Source: a virus
Length of the DNA: 64,000 nucleotides
Virus record (IMG/VR): IMGVR_UViG_3300021256_000014
Coordinates: 854-64,853 of that record
Strand: one strand, 5' to 3'
In this document: positions 10,131 through 19,329 of the stretch, piece by piece
Numbering within the stretch: the stretch's first letter is position 1
How the letters are laid out: each line of letters begins with the position of its first letter
Translations under genes and position numbers: made by a program
The notes under the pieces: model-generated
Database searches by the model: none
What the model saw: the letters and a program-made list of their open reading frames with translations, nothing else
Told to the model about the DNA's origin: nothing

Positions 10131-10325
10131 TCACAGTTCATCCGATTCACCTACCCTCCCGTTCCATGCGTCACAAGCACTTTCCCCACGCTTGACTTCT
10201 GGGTCAAATACTCTAGTTCTCGCTCCGCAATCTAAACACTGGACTACCTTTAATCTGCCAGTCAAACCATAATTAACCAGTTCTGCTTTCCCTCCGCAGA
10301 ACGGACACGGTTTCAATTCACTCAT
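10131..10325 (-). CDS. Lar-family restriction alleviation-like zinc-finger protein
   Basis: ELKPCPFCGGKA...CLDCGA...AWN signature. Confidence 0.7.
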   Translation of the reverse strand: MSELKPCPFCGGKAELVNYGLTGRLKVVQCLDCGARTRVFDPEVKRGESACDAWNGRVGESDEL

Positions 10326-10346
10326 CGGTTCTCCTTTCTGAAAATA

Positions 10347-10859
10347 TCAACCTATACAGAAATACTCCGTCACGCCATTTGGAGCCAAAAGTGTGTCATA
10401 AATCGAGCCCTGCACAAACTCAGCCTGAAATATCACGTTTGGAGGGAGTTGGCTGCCATTTGTAAGCAGAAACTTGGCCACATCGATGCTCTCTTCTCCT
10501 GGCTCTTTTTCGAAGTTTCCATCCCAGGTACAGCTGTACTGACCTTCCTGATAGATAACTTCTTTCAGAGTGCCAGGAAAACGAGAGTCCGCGACCCTGT
10601 TAAGAGCCACGGACCCAACATATGTCTTCATTTGGCGATCGCACCCTTCGACCTCGCCGCAGATAAGGTGCGAAAGCAAATATAAATCTTCCTCGCTGTA
10701 CAGAGCTTCGGTTTCAGTTTCCGCCTCTGTCTCCTCTACTACTTCTCCGTACACGATCTGAGGCCTGATGACGGTTCTATGAGCGTCTGCAAATATCAAT
10801 ACGCACCAGATCACAATGAGGATCAGCGCTACTACCAAATTCTTAACTTTTCTATTCAT
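10347..10859 (-). CDS. SleB/CwlJ-like cell wall hydrolase (Hydrolase_2)
   Basis: N-terminal TM; LICGE...VGSVALNRVADSRFPGTLKEVIYQEGQYS. Confidence 0.8.
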   Translation of the reverse strand: MNRKVKNLVVALILIVIWCVLIFADAHRTVIRPQIVYGEVVEETEAETETEALYSEEDLYLLSHLICGEVEGCDRQMKTYVGSVALNRVADSRFPGTLKEVIYQEGQYSCTWDGNFEKEPGEESIDVAKFLLTNGSQLPPNVIFQAEFVQGSIYDTLLAPNGVTEYFCIG

Positions 10860-11029
10860 TAGCTCTCCTTTCGGGGCATGGGCGTAACCTTATCGCTTCT
10901 ATTCTTCTTTCTCGCCTCATAATCTCTGCTAAACGCACCGATTACAGAAAGAAGGACGATCGCAAGAATGCCGAATGTAACGGCCGCCACAAAAGCAATA
11001 AATCCAATCTTAATTCCAAGCAGTATCAT
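10859..11029 (-). CDS. small membrane protein (56 aa)
   Basis: Manual translation MILLGIKIGFIAFVAAVTFGILAIVLL...; AAGGAGG RBS. Confidence 0.55.
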   Translation of the reverse strand: MILLGIKIGFIAFVAAVTFGILAIVLLSVIGAFSRDYEARKKNRSDKVTPMPRKES

Positions 11030-11038
11030 AAAACCTCC

Positions 11039-11674
11039 TTAGTGAGTGATCTTGTTGGCAAGGGACGCATAGATGTTGGAGACATCATCAAGTCTTGACT
11101 TATAGCGGGTGGTGAGATTATCAAGCTCAGAGTTGAATCTCTCCTCGCCATCGTTCTCAAGCTTGTCGATAAGATCGTCTGCAGCATCCTCGATTTTGTC
11201 CTTCATCTCCTTCTGATAATCGCTAAGATCTCCGATCAGGGAATCCTTCTCCCGGCGAATATCATTAAGATACTCGGTCTTTGCATCCTTTGCTGCTTTC
11301 TCGATAACTGTCTTGTGGGCCTCGTCGATGCTCACTCCCGCAACCTGCTCTGTAAGCTTCTTCTCAATCTCAGGCTCCAGTGCCTTGACCTTTGCGGAAA
11401 TATCATTCTTGATCTTAAGGATCGCCTCTGCCTTGATGCCATCCACAGTCTCCTGAACCTTTGTCGGGATGACCCTGTCAAGCTTCCTTTCCGCCATAGC
11501 CGACACGACTTCGTCGATGAGCTTATCTGAGATCTCGAAAGTGGTTCTTGACTCGATGTCGTCAAACGTTGCACCAAGTCTCTTGCAAAGCTTGGAAACC
11601 TTGAAAAGTGATACTCCTCCAAGAACCATAGATGTGATAACGCCGCCGCCCATAAACATTTCTTTGTTTGTCAT
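11039..11674 (-). CDS. membrane-anchored coiled-coil protein
   Basis: Hydrophobic N-terminus and long charged helical region. Confidence 0.6.
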   Translation of the reverse strand: MTNKEMFMGGGVITSMVLGGVSLFKVSKLCKRLGATFDDIESRTTFEISDKLIDEVVSAMAERKLDRVIPTKVQETVDGIKAEAILKIKNDISAKVKALEPEIEKKLTEQVAGVSIDEAHKTVIEKAAKDAKTEYLNDIRREKDSLIGDLSDYQKEMKDKIEDAADDLIDKLENDGEERFNSELDNLTTRYKSRLDDVSNIYASLANKITH

Positions 11675-12204
11675 AATGTTTCTCCTTTCAATTTTTCATT
11701 AAGATAAAAGTTCATTTGATCCCAAATACTGCAAAGCCTCTGGTCTTTCTTTGGATGACGCAGGGGAAAAAGTCCTCCGTTGCCGTTTGCCTCATACGAT
11801 CTTGAAAGCCATGCTTTAACAACTCCTTCAACAAGGTCTTCCCTGTAAACCTTATCTGTTGCCGGGTAAAGCCCAAGGTTTTGAATCATCTCCCAAAACC
11901 ACTTCTCGGGCTTCTCTTCTCCAGGCTCTGCCATGATGTCCTCTTCAATCCTTATAGACAAAGCCACGAGCATCTCTAAAATGCTGCACGGTTCTAGTCT
12001 GTCAGAATATAAAAGGTAGTCTCCGGTCTCATTTGCGTACCGATCTCTTAGAAACATCCCATCCTTTGCCCTGTTGGCATCGGTCGGAATCTTAAAAGAC
12101 CACGTAAACGGGGTATCAAAAAGATAAGCAAGAAGGCGCCTATGTCGAACTGCCCCCTCGCTTATCTTGTCTGTAAGATAGTTTAAGTATTCCTCTCTGT
12201 TCAT
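11671..12204 (-). CDS. conserved phage hypothetical protein
   Basis: DANRAKDG..LR, CSILEMLVAL, GNGGLFPL motifs; coupled ORF. Confidence 0.65.
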   Translation of the reverse strand: MNREEYLNYLTDKISEGAVRHRRLLAYLFDTPFTWSFKIPTDANRAKDGMFLRDRYANETGDYLLYSDRLEPCSILEMLVALSIRIEEDIMAEPGEEKPEKWFWEMIQNLGLYPATDKVYREDLVEGVVKAWLSRSYEANGNGGLFPLRHPKKDQRLCSIWDQMNFYLNEKLKGETL

Positions 12205-12876
12205 TTAACCTCCGTAATCTTCCGACAGAGAGCCCACTACTTTAATGATGTGATAGTCACACTTTCGATCGAAGTTACGGACAAATATTTCACGCTCCAG
12301 ATTGTTCACGTCGGCAAATCCGTACTTGATAAGAGCGTTGCCGATCGAGTCGGCTACCTCGTCCGTGTCAACTATATCATCGTAAGTCCCTCCTTCCGGA
12401 ATCAGCGTATCGTCTTCTGTGTAGTAATAAAGGACCCGGGTAGAATATCCATCCTGGCCGAACATCGCTGCTCTGATCAGCTTTGGAGGCTGCGATTCTC
12501 TCACTGGTTTTTCCTCCTCTTCTCTTGGATGCTCTGATTCTGCAGGATCCTCTGTGTGGTAGTAAGTCGTGTAATCTGTAGCAAACGATCCCTGCCGCTT
12601 TTCAGGCTTCTTCTGCTCTTTTAAAAGCTCGTCGATACCTTTTTCTACTTTGCGAAGCCTTTCTTTTGTCTCTGGCGAAATATCATCCTCCGTATCGTCA
12701 GAAGTGGTTCTGTAAGCCTTGTCGAGCTCGTTCTGATAGTATTCGTCCATCTTCTTAAGCTCTTCGTCGGACTTCTTCAAAACCTCCACGTACTTCTTCT
12801 TAAAGAAGAATGCAGAAACGCCGGCTCCAACGCCAGCGCCTGCTAAAAATATCAATGCGTACTTTAATGCACTCAT
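12205..12876 (-). CDS. membrane-anchored phage protein
   Basis: N-terminal FLAGAGVGAGVS TM segment. Confidence 0.65.
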   Translation of the reverse strand: MSALKYALIFLAGAGVGAGVSAFFFKKKYVEVLKKSDEELKKMDEYYQNELDKAYRTTSDDTEDDISPETKERLRKVEKGIDELLKEQKKPEKRQGSFATDYTTYYHTEDPAESEHPREEEEKPVRESQPPKLIRAAMFGQDGYSTRVLYYYTEDDTLIPEGGTYDDIVDTDEVADSIGNALIKYGFADVNNLEREIFVRNFDRKCDYHIIKVVGSLSEDYGG

Positions 12877-13337
12877 ATCGAATCCTCCATCTTCATCGTC
12901 TCCAGGCCTTTATCAGGGCTAATCTTCCAGACCTTGCCCTTACAGTAGGTAACGCCGTCTCTAAAGCCTTTTTCGTACGCGTCATCCTCTCCCGGAGCGT
13001 CATCGATGCCATCGCAGTACCCCTGCTTATAGGCTTGCTGAAGCTCCTGCTCAATAAGCATGCCAAACTTCTCCGCATACCTACTCTCCTGGAATTCGCA
13101 AATGCGACCCATGGCGCTTTCGACATAGCGATCCTTCTTGTCTCTGGCCTTGCTCTCACCGAAGTCGCCCTGCTTAACTTTGAAGGCGTCTTCCACCTTG
13201 AACTTTATCCTGATCGGCTCGTCGAGGCTTATTGTCTTCTTGATTTCTTTTTCCAAATCATCGAAGAAGCACTCCTGCATGTATTCTTCTGCTGATACAA
13301 TCTCAAAACAGTGCTTCTTTTCGTTATACCTGATCAT
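12873..13337 (-). CDS. hypothetical protein
   Basis: ORF with RBS; repeated AYxxGY/F-DG motif. Confidence 0.6.
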   Translation of the reverse strand: MIRYNEKKHCFEIVSAEEYMQECFFDDLEKEIKKTISLDEPIRIKFKVEDAFKVKQGDFGESKARDKKDRYVESAMGRICEFQESRYAEKFGMLIEQELQQAYKQGYCDGIDDAPGEDDAYEKGFRDGVTYCKGKVWKISPDKGLETMKMEDSI

Positions 13338-13359
13338 TTAAGTTCTCCTTTCTCAAATA

Positions 13360-14280
13360 TCAATAGGTCGCCCAACCGATCCTGCCGGTTATTGGTTTCG
13401 GGTCAATGTTAAAATCAATAAGGAATATTGGCTCAAGGCCATTTACAAACCATCTGGACGCAGCATCGTGCACGTTGAATATACCAAAGTCCACGTGATT
13501 TGTGGTTCCGTCAGGATTGTCCCTGATAATCCCCATAACTCGCCCTGCGTCTGTTGGCGGATACCCAAGCTCGTCATACATGTCGTTTAAGAATATATGG
13601 CCATTCTGCTGAAGCTTCTGGTCAAGGAAGTTCTGCTTGCCAAGAAGCCACATCTTGTTATACTCAGGATCGTCCCTCCATGCCGGATTAAGTTCATCAA
13701 AGAACCTCGAATACGGATTGCACTTAGACCTCTCCGTCTGCTTATCTGCAGGATCTGTGAGCCCAGTTGACTGAGCTTTCTTGATCTTTTCTGTCTTGAA
13801 GCCCTCTTCCAAATCGTTGAACTTCTCCTCGCCAAGCTGTTCTTTGTAGAACTTCATCTTGTCGTTGTACTTCATAAGCAGCGCATTATACGCAGCACCC
13901 ATACCGACAAACAGATTCTTGTAGTCGCACATCGCTCCTGCAAAGCACGCGATAGAGACTCCGGTAAAGAGTGCGGGAAGCGCGTAGTTCTTTCCAAGAT
14001 CGATCACGTAGTCTACCTTGACCTTGCGAATATCATTCTTCTCATCAGCCTCTGTATACTCTTCCGGCTCGATCTTTCCTTCCTTTACCATCTGCTTTAC
14101 TTCGTTGACGCTATCGAGCCCCTTGTTTTTCTTCTCAAGTATGTCTGCGCTCTTTAATGCAGCCTTGTGAGTCGTATACAGAGCCGCTCCAAGTGACGCA
14201 ACGCCAAATATAAACTTAATCTCAGGAGAATACTTCTTAGTTGTAAGAAGAATGTGTCCTGCAATACTAGATAATCCCAT
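13360..14280 (-). CDS. membrane-associated phage protein, paralog 2 (DUF6353-like)
   Basis: KKYSPEI...; GHIFLNDMYDELG motif. Confidence 0.7.
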   Translation of the reverse strand: MGLSSIAGHILLTTKKYSPEIKFIFGVASLGAALYTTHKAALKSADILEKKNKGLDSVNEVKQMVKEGKIEPEEYTEADEKNDIRKVKVDYVIDLGKNYALPALFTGVSIACFAGAMCDYKNLFVGMGAAYNALLMKYNDKMKFYKEQLGEEKFNDLEEGFKTEKIKKAQSTGLTDPADKQTERSKCNPYSRFFDELNPAWRDDPEYNKMWLLGKQNFLDQKLQQNGHIFLNDMYDELGYPPTDAGRVMGIIRDNPDGTTNHVDFGIFNVHDAASRWFVNGLEPIFLIDFNIDPKPITGRIGWATY

Positions 14281-14293
14281 TCTTATACTCCTT

Positions 14294-14935
14294 TCAGTTA
14301 ATGCGAACAGGCTTCGGGAACTTCACCCACCAGCCCCTGGCTACGTGTTCGATCGGTACATGATCAAGATTTGTCCATCCCCAGTTGTTATCCGGGAATT
14401 CGCTCTCGATCTGCGCTCCAAGCTCCTCGTCAATAGTTGTGACGTAGTCATACATCTCAAGTACTGACACGCCTTCGTTGCCATACCTTCGAAGGTCGCT
14501 TCTAAGATTGTTTAAAAGTTCAACTGCTCTTTCCCTGCTCGGAAATACAATCCGATCCCAGTGAACCTTCACCTTTTCAGTCGGCGCTACCGGCTGCCTG
14601 TAGTTATCCTTGTAATAATTGTCATACGATGCCTTATGCCCCGGGCCTTTGGAATATCCGCTGTAGTAAGTGCTGCTTGCCTCATCTCCGTAGATTGCTT
14701 TCTGGATTCCCGAGATGAACATGTCAGCAAGAATATCTTTTGCCTTCGGGATCATGACTTCGTTGACAACCGACGATGCCACCGTCTTCAAATCGTTCTC
14801 AAACAAAGCGTTGACGATTCTTGTGCTCAGCGGCTCTTTATAGTACTCGATAAGCCCCTCCACTTTTTTCTTTGGCTCTTTTGTTGCCAAAGAGGCGAGG
14901 CGATCGGCTTCCTTCTTAATCTGATCGTCTAACAT
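14294..14935 (-). CDS. conserved phage hypothetical protein
   Basis: DNNWGWTNL motif; RBS. Confidence 0.65.
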   Translation of the reverse strand: MLDDQIKKEADRLASLATKEPKKKVEGLIEYYKEPLSTRIVNALFENDLKTVASSVVNEVMIPKAKDILADMFISGIQKAIYGDEASSTYYSGYSKGPGHKASYDNYYKDNYRQPVAPTEKVKVHWDRIVFPSRERAVELLNNLRSDLRRYGNEGVSVLEMYDYVTTIDEELGAQIESEFPDNNWGWTNLDHVPIEHVARGWWVKFPKPVRIN

Positions 14936-14949
14936 AGATTTCTCCTTTG

Positions 14950-14986
14950 AAAAAAATAGAGAGCCAATCTTTCGATTGACCCTCTA
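14950..14986 (-). terminator. intrinsic terminator
   Basis: Hairpin TAGAGGGTCAATC-GAAA-GATTGGCTCTCTA plus T run; core repeated near 21756 and 23938. Confidence 0.75.
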
Positions 14987-15008
14987 GTTTCGAGTTACTT
15001 AAACCGTT

Positions 15009-15341
15009 TCAGATCTCGGATTCCTCATTATGGAATTCTTTCTGAAAAGTTGTTGTCTCCTGCGGACGCGTATACGTCTGCTGACTCTGCCAAGCTTCGA
15101 ACTTGGCTTTCCGTCTCTTTGACGTAGCCTTGTCGATGACAAGAAGTCCTCCGACGACAGCACCGAACGCAGCCGCAACGCCCTCGATCACACGACCGGT
15201 GGTTTTCAGCCACTTCGGAACTCCCGTCTTCTCCTTCTTTTCATCAGCAGGCTTTGTCTCCGGATTCGGAGCCTCGTTCTGCTGCTCAGAGTTCACTTCC
15301 TTGTATTCACATTCGCTAACTACTTTCTTTTCATCTGCCAT
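15009..15341 (-). CDS. single-TM hypothetical protein
   Basis: Start moved to MADEKK after GAAAGGAG RBS. Confidence 0.65.
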   Translation of the reverse strand: MADEKKVVSECEYKEVNSEQQNEAPNPETKPADEKKEKTGVPKWLKTTGRVIEGVAAAFGAVVGGLLVIDKATSKRRKAKFEAWQSQQTYTRPQETTTFQKEFHNEESEI

Positions 15342-15379
15342 GATAATTCTCCTTTCGTCTTTAGGCAGTTTATAGTTCC

Positions 15380-15407
15380 TCATTAGAGGAGCTAATTTTT
15401 CTGCGAA
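15380..15407 (-). promoter_or_regulatory. 28-bp phage motif
   Basis: tcattagaggagctaatttttctgcgaa. Confidence 0.7.
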
Positions 15408-15565
15408 TCCTTGTATTTGAACTTAACCGGTCTGTGAGAATATGAATTTACCGGATTATCCAAACACTCAAAACAAGGATCGTCCTTCTCGGACAGTTTG
15501 CTGAATGCGCAAAGCTCACAGTATTTGTGAAACTCTACGATCTTGTCAGGATTAAGTTCTCCCAT
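15392..15565 (-). CDS. small Cys-rich protein (57 aa)
   Basis: Manual translation MGELNPDKIVEFHKYCELC...DPCFECLDNP; AAGGAGG RBS. Confidence 0.6.
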   Translation of the reverse strand: MGELNPDKIVEFHKYCELCAFSKLSEKDDPCFECLDNPVNSYSHRPVKFKYKDSQKN

Positions 15566-15574
15566 TTTCCCTCC

Positions 15575-16399
15575 TTAGTAATACCTTGCTCTCGGGCTGC
15601 TGTAGGACGAATACGCCATGACAGGCTTTGTGTAAAAGTCCATAATGTATCCAGGCTCTTTTGTTCCGTCTGCAGCCTCATACTCAAACGTGTTATTAAG
15701 ATTTACGCTGATCTCGTCGTGCTCCGCTACGTCCCACACAAACAAATCTGCAAATCCGCATCTGGACAGGCCAAAATCATCGAAAATATCAGTCATTCGA
15801 ACTTCGTAGTCCTCCCAGCCCTTAGCCTTTGCTTCTCTCAAAGCACAGCTCCAGTTATTAACTACAAGCTCGACATAGTCTTTTGTTGCCCTGAAGGTCT
15901 TGCCTGTCATTGGTTCTCTGAAAATATAAGTGCCATGTCCGGTGTTTTCGACCTCACTCATAACAACAGGCCTCTCACTTGCCCTATTCTGCATGACCTT
16001 TCTATCGATCTCATCTGCCGTCTCTTTACCGACAACCTCTTCTGTTGCCTTCTTCGTATCCTCTCTAAGAGTCGAAGCAACGGCCAGTGCCTCAGCGAGC
16101 TTTACGATCTTCTCTCCGGTCCTTTTGTGATTAAGGATCGCAGATCCCCACGCAACGGCTACGGCCATCATGGTTCGGCCTGCCACCGGCACTATAGCCT
16201 TTGCCGTCTCAAGGTTGCTTGCTCCCTCTTCTTTTTTCTCTCTTAAAATCTTCTCGCACTTGGGTCCGTCCTTAAGCGCGAACACAACTGCCGCTCCCGT
16301 TGCCACGATCGTGACTGTTGTTAGAATTGTCGAATCATGCTTATCCCAGATTCGAAGTGCCGGAGCTGCCGCTCTCTTTGCCAGTGCTATTACGTTCAT
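15575..16399 (-). CDS. membrane-associated phage protein, paralog 3 (DUF6353-like)
   Basis: KHDSTILT...; same architecture as other paralogs. Confidence 0.65.
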   Translation of the reverse strand: MNVIALAKRAAAPALRIWDKHDSTILTTVTIVATGAAVVFALKDGPKCEKILREKKEEGASNLETAKAIVPVAGRTMMAVAVAWGSAILNHKRTGEKIVKLAEALAVASTLREDTKKATEEVVGKETADEIDRKVMQNRASERPVVMSEVENTGHGTYIFREPMTGKTFRATKDYVELVVNNWSCALREAKAKGWEDYEVRMTDIFDDFGLSRCGFADLFVWDVAEHDEISVNLNNTFEYEAADGTKEPGYIMDFYTKPVMAYSSYSSPRARYY

Positions 16400-16465
16400 A
16401 CGTAGCCTCCTTTACATTTGGAAAAAATAAGGAGAGCCTATCTTTTCGATAAGCCCTCCGGGTTC

Positions 16466-16669
16466 TTAGGCGGTGAATCCCTTCACCACAACGTCTACGG
16501 TTTCATCCTCCTTTCTGTTTTCCTTTTTGTTAAACCAGCGCCATGCCTTCTTGGCCGCATTCTGCTCATCATCTACAGTTTCAGTCTTCTTTCCGAAGAC
16601 CTTCTTGCAGATGACAACACCTGCTGCCAGAATTGCCAAAGTGCCAATTACAAAACCATACTTCTTCAT
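16466..16669 (-). CDS. small single-TM protein
   Basis: Cassette ORF between motif and terminator. Confidence 0.65.
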   Translation of the reverse strand: MKKYGFVIGTLAILAAGVVICKKVFGKKTETVDDEQNAAKKAWRWFNKKENRKEDETVDVVVKGFTA

Positions 16670-16713
16670 GTTAGATCCTCCGTTTTTTTATTGTGTAAAA
16701 AGTTTCTACTACC

Positions 16714-16741
16714 TCATTAAAGGAGCCAAAAATATCACGAA
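16714..16741 (-). promoter_or_regulatory. 28-bp phage motif
   Basis: tcattaaaggagccaaaaatatcacgaa. Confidence 0.7.
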
Positions 16742-17556
16742 TTCTTGTCAAGAAGCTTCATCGCAACTTCCTTCCAGATGTCCCTCTCCGTCTCCAGATG
16801 AGCTATATAGGCGCTTCTTGCATCGATGTAGTTGTCGGGAATGACCGGCTTTTCTTCCTTCTTTTCAGGTCTGTCGCGATACACGATCTTAACTTCCGGA
16901 TCAGCCTTAACTACTTCAGGCTTCGGAATCTCAATGCCAAACACCTTCATAAGCGCTTCCTTTGCCTCGTTAAGCTTCTCAACATGCGTGAACATTCTGC
17001 GCCTTACGCAGTACTTAAGCGGCTTGAAAGTCACATGCGTCGGATCGCCGAGATACGTCCGCCCTAAAATATCAACGCTGAAGGGATTCTCGCCTACGAT
17101 AGTTCTGGTCTCGTCTGAGTCAGGATAGAGCTTGATTCCCTGGCAGGCTCCGTTAAGGGAGTTCAGGGCAAATATCATCCCTTTGGTTCCGTTGGATTCC
17201 TCGGTCTGCCATACCTCTCCGGGAAGGATCTTGCCTGTCTTTTGAGTTGCTGTGAGAGTCGGGGTCATTACTTGAGGTTCTGTAAGCTCAAGCACTCCCG
17301 GCATTACTTCTACAAGCTCGTCTTTTTCAACAGGCTTGTCCTCGACCCACTTGTATTCTGCCATCTTTCCCTTTGGAGAAATGTTCTGAATCTCCTTGTG
17401 TTCCTTTGCAAGCCTGTGCATATACATGGTTCTTGCGGGCGCGGTCATATTAAATTTTGTCTCGATTGCCGAGCTAGTCATTGTCTCGCCCTTTTTAAGA
17501 ATGTCGATTAAAATCTTGTCTCTTTCGATGGTTTCCTGTCGTTTTGTCTGACTCAT
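16735..17556 (-). CDS. hypothetical protein with possible N-terminal winged HTH
   Basis: LIDILKKGETMTSSAIETKFNM pattern; RBS. Confidence 0.55.
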   Translation of the reverse strand: MSQTKRQETIERDKILIDILKKGETMTSSAIETKFNMTAPARTMYMHRLAKEHKEIQNISPKGKMAEYKWVEDKPVEKDELVEVMPGVLELTEPQVMTPTLTATQKTGKILPGEVWQTEESNGTKGMIFALNSLNGACQGIKLYPDSDETRTIVGENPFSVDILGRTYLGDPTHVTFKPLKYCVRRRMFTHVEKLNEAKEALMKVFGIEIPKPEVVKADPEVKIVYRDRPEKKEEKPVIPDNYIDARSAYIAHLETERDIWKEVAMKLLDKNS

Positions 17557-17570
17557 ATTTTTCTCCTTTC

Positions 17571-17607
17571 AAAAATAAAAAGAGCCCAGACATTTGTCTG
17601 AGCCCTC
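17571..17607 (-). terminator. intrinsic terminator
   Basis: GAGGGCTCAGAC-AAAT-GTCTGGGCTCT plus T run; near copies at 18721 and 20246. Confidence 0.75.
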
Positions 17608-17611
17608 AATC

Positions 17612-17839
17612 TCAACAATAAACATTTACCTTTTCAGTTTTGTCTCTGAAAGACAACCTATAAAGCAACCTGTCCGTCCAGTCAAACTCCGCCATAATCA
17701 TGACCTGCGACTCTGACTCGCTTACAGGAAGTCTGAATTCTTTGAATTCTTTATTCCTGCTAAGCAGCCAGTGCTTCGCTCTGATCAGATTCTCAGTGTT
17801 CTTAGGCATAATCATAATTCCCTTATTGCTCCCCTTCAT
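17612..17839 (-). CDS. hypothetical protein
   Basis: Cassette ORF with RBS. Confidence 0.6.
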   Translation of the reverse strand: MKGSNKGIMIMPKNTENLIRAKHWLLSRNKEFKEFRLPVSESESQVMIMAEFDWTDRLLYRLSFRDKTEKVNVYC

Positions 17840-17878
17840 AGTTACACTCTCCTTTCAAAGATCAAAGTTAAATTGTTC

Positions 17879-17906
17879 TCACTAGAGGAGCCAAAATATC
17901 AGCGAG
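17879..17906 (-). promoter_or_regulatory. 28-bp phage motif
   Basis: tcactagaggagccaaaatatcagcgag. Confidence 0.65.
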
Positions 17907-18327
17907 GCCAGCCGTCAAATTCTTCCAGTCCGTCAACCCACTTATTGAGGTTTGCTATTGACAGGGCAAGATCGTTCGTGGTTGACCTGATGCAGGTGGC
18001 ATAAAGCGAGTCGTCGTCCTCTCGCCATCCTTCTGGAAGTGAGGGAAACTTATACTTATCGTCAAACAAAATGTACCCTTTCCTGTTCACCTTCTCCCTC
18101 ATCTCGTGTCCGGAACAGCAGTAGCGCGTCCCGTAGCCCTTTTTGTTAAGCTTTACAATCGGCTTTATCATAAGCTCGTCAATGGTGACAAGTTCCAAGC
18201 CACCGTTGCACCGGGCGTTGGGGCAGTACATAAACGACCTTCCAGTATCCCACGTCGGCGTGATCTGATTTGCAAAATAGACATTAAGACACTCAGGGCA
18301 GAACAAATATGAAGATCTCCAACTCAT
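17899..18327 (-). CDS. Zn-ribbon hypothetical protein
   Basis: CPEC, CPNARC and LNKKGYGTRYCCSGH motifs. Confidence 0.6.
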   Translation of the reverse strand: MSWRSSYLFCPECLNVYFANQITPTWDTGRSFMYCPNARCNGGLELVTIDELMIKPIVKLNKKGYGTRYCCSGHEMREKVNRKGYILFDDKYKFPSLPEGWREDDDSLYATCIRSTTNDLALSIANLNKWVDGLEEFDGWPR

Positions 18328-18339
18328 ATAATTCTCCTT

Positions 18340-18684
18340 TCAAATATCAATTACTTCCGTATCCCCATTTGCGTAAGTAACTGTAAGTTCTCCGCCGCAA
18401 TATTTGAGAATCTTGGAAAGCTGCTCAACACTAAAACTGTTCCTGTTTAACTTATTCCACAGGTAATTCTTACCCATTATGCCGCAGGAATACGCCAGTT
18501 CGTCTGTTACGCTTTTGCACTCTTTGTCGCTAGTAGCAATGGCAGTTGCGACGATTCGAGACAGCGGTCGATCGGAATAGCGCAATGGGTTTATACCGGC
18601 AGGCGCGTGTTTCTTAACCAAAGAAGCAGATATAACTGTGAGCCCGAGCTTCTCTGCCTCTTCTTTCAGTTCTTCGTATGTCAT
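18340..18684 (-). CDS. Cro/CI-like HTH protein
   Basis: DELAYSCGIMGKNYLWNKLNRNSFSVEQLSKILKYCG resembles an XRE HTH. Confidence 0.5.
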   Translation of the reverse strand: MTYEELKEEAEKLGLTVISASLVKKHAPAGINPLRYSDRPLSRIVATAIATSDKECKSVTDELAYSCGIMGKNYLWNKLNRNSFSVEQLSKILKYCGGELTVTYANGDTEVIDI

Positions 18685-18750
18685 TTAGTTCTCCTTTCAA
18701 ATATCAATGAAAAAATTAAAGAGCCCAGACAAACGTCTGAGCCCCATGAT

Positions 18751-19092
18751 TCACTTAAGCAGCCCCATATCGTCAAGGATTGAACGATACGTTTCTCCTT
18801 CCTGATACCTCCTTTCTATGATCCTCTCCTGTCTTTTGGTAAGCCGCTTCCTAGCATAGCTCCATCTGTCAGTCCGGCGGTCGTAGAAACGACGGTTCCG
18901 CCATTCGTCCTCTTTCTTATATGCTATTATCTTCGTCACGTGTTTCGCGATTCCAGCAATAGATGTAAGAAGAATGATTGCCAGTTCCTTGTTCCTCACA
19001 CACCAGCCTGCAAACTTTGCAAGCCCGTCAGTAAACTTCTCCCAGAGATCCTGGAAAAACCACTTCACTTTCTGTACCATTCTTTTAATCAT
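18751..19092 (-). CDS. single-TM phage protein
   Basis: Cassette ORF; FYDRR...W...LT motif. Confidence 0.65.
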   Translation of the reverse strand: MIKRMVQKVKWFFQDLWEKFTDGLAKFAGWCVRNKELAIILLTSIAGIAKHVTKIIAYKKEDEWRNRRFYDRRTDRWSYARKRLTKRQERIIERRYQEGETYRSILDDMGLLK

Positions 19093-19125
19093 ATCTATTC
19101 TCCTTTCGTGTGGATACTTAGTTCC

Positions 19126-19153
19126 TCATTAGAGGAGCATAAATATAAGCGAA
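19126..19153 (-). promoter_or_regulatory. 28-bp phage motif
   Basis: tcattagaggagcataaatataagcgaa. Confidence 0.7.
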
Positions 19154-19200
19154 GAAAAAAAAGAGGAGACACAAAGTCTCCCCGTTTTCTCTTAATCACT

Positions 19201-19266
19201 TTATGAATGCCGGCATATAATGCCATACACCAATATTGCAATCAAGATCAAACTAATCAAGTCCAT
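19201..19266 (-). CDS. 21-aa hydrophobic micropeptide
   Basis: MDLISLILIAILVYGIICRHS; AAGGAGGAG RBS; own motif and terminator. Confidence 0.6.
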   Translation of the reverse strand: MDLISLILIAILVYGIICRHS

Positions 19267-19301
19267 AACAGTCTCCTCCTTTTTTAAGTGATACATCTAC
19301 T

Positions 19302-19329
19302 TCATTAAAGGAGTAGAAATATCAGCGAA
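19302..19329 (-). promoter_or_regulatory. 28-bp phage motif
   Basis: tcattaaaggagtagaaatatcagcgaa. Confidence 0.7.
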
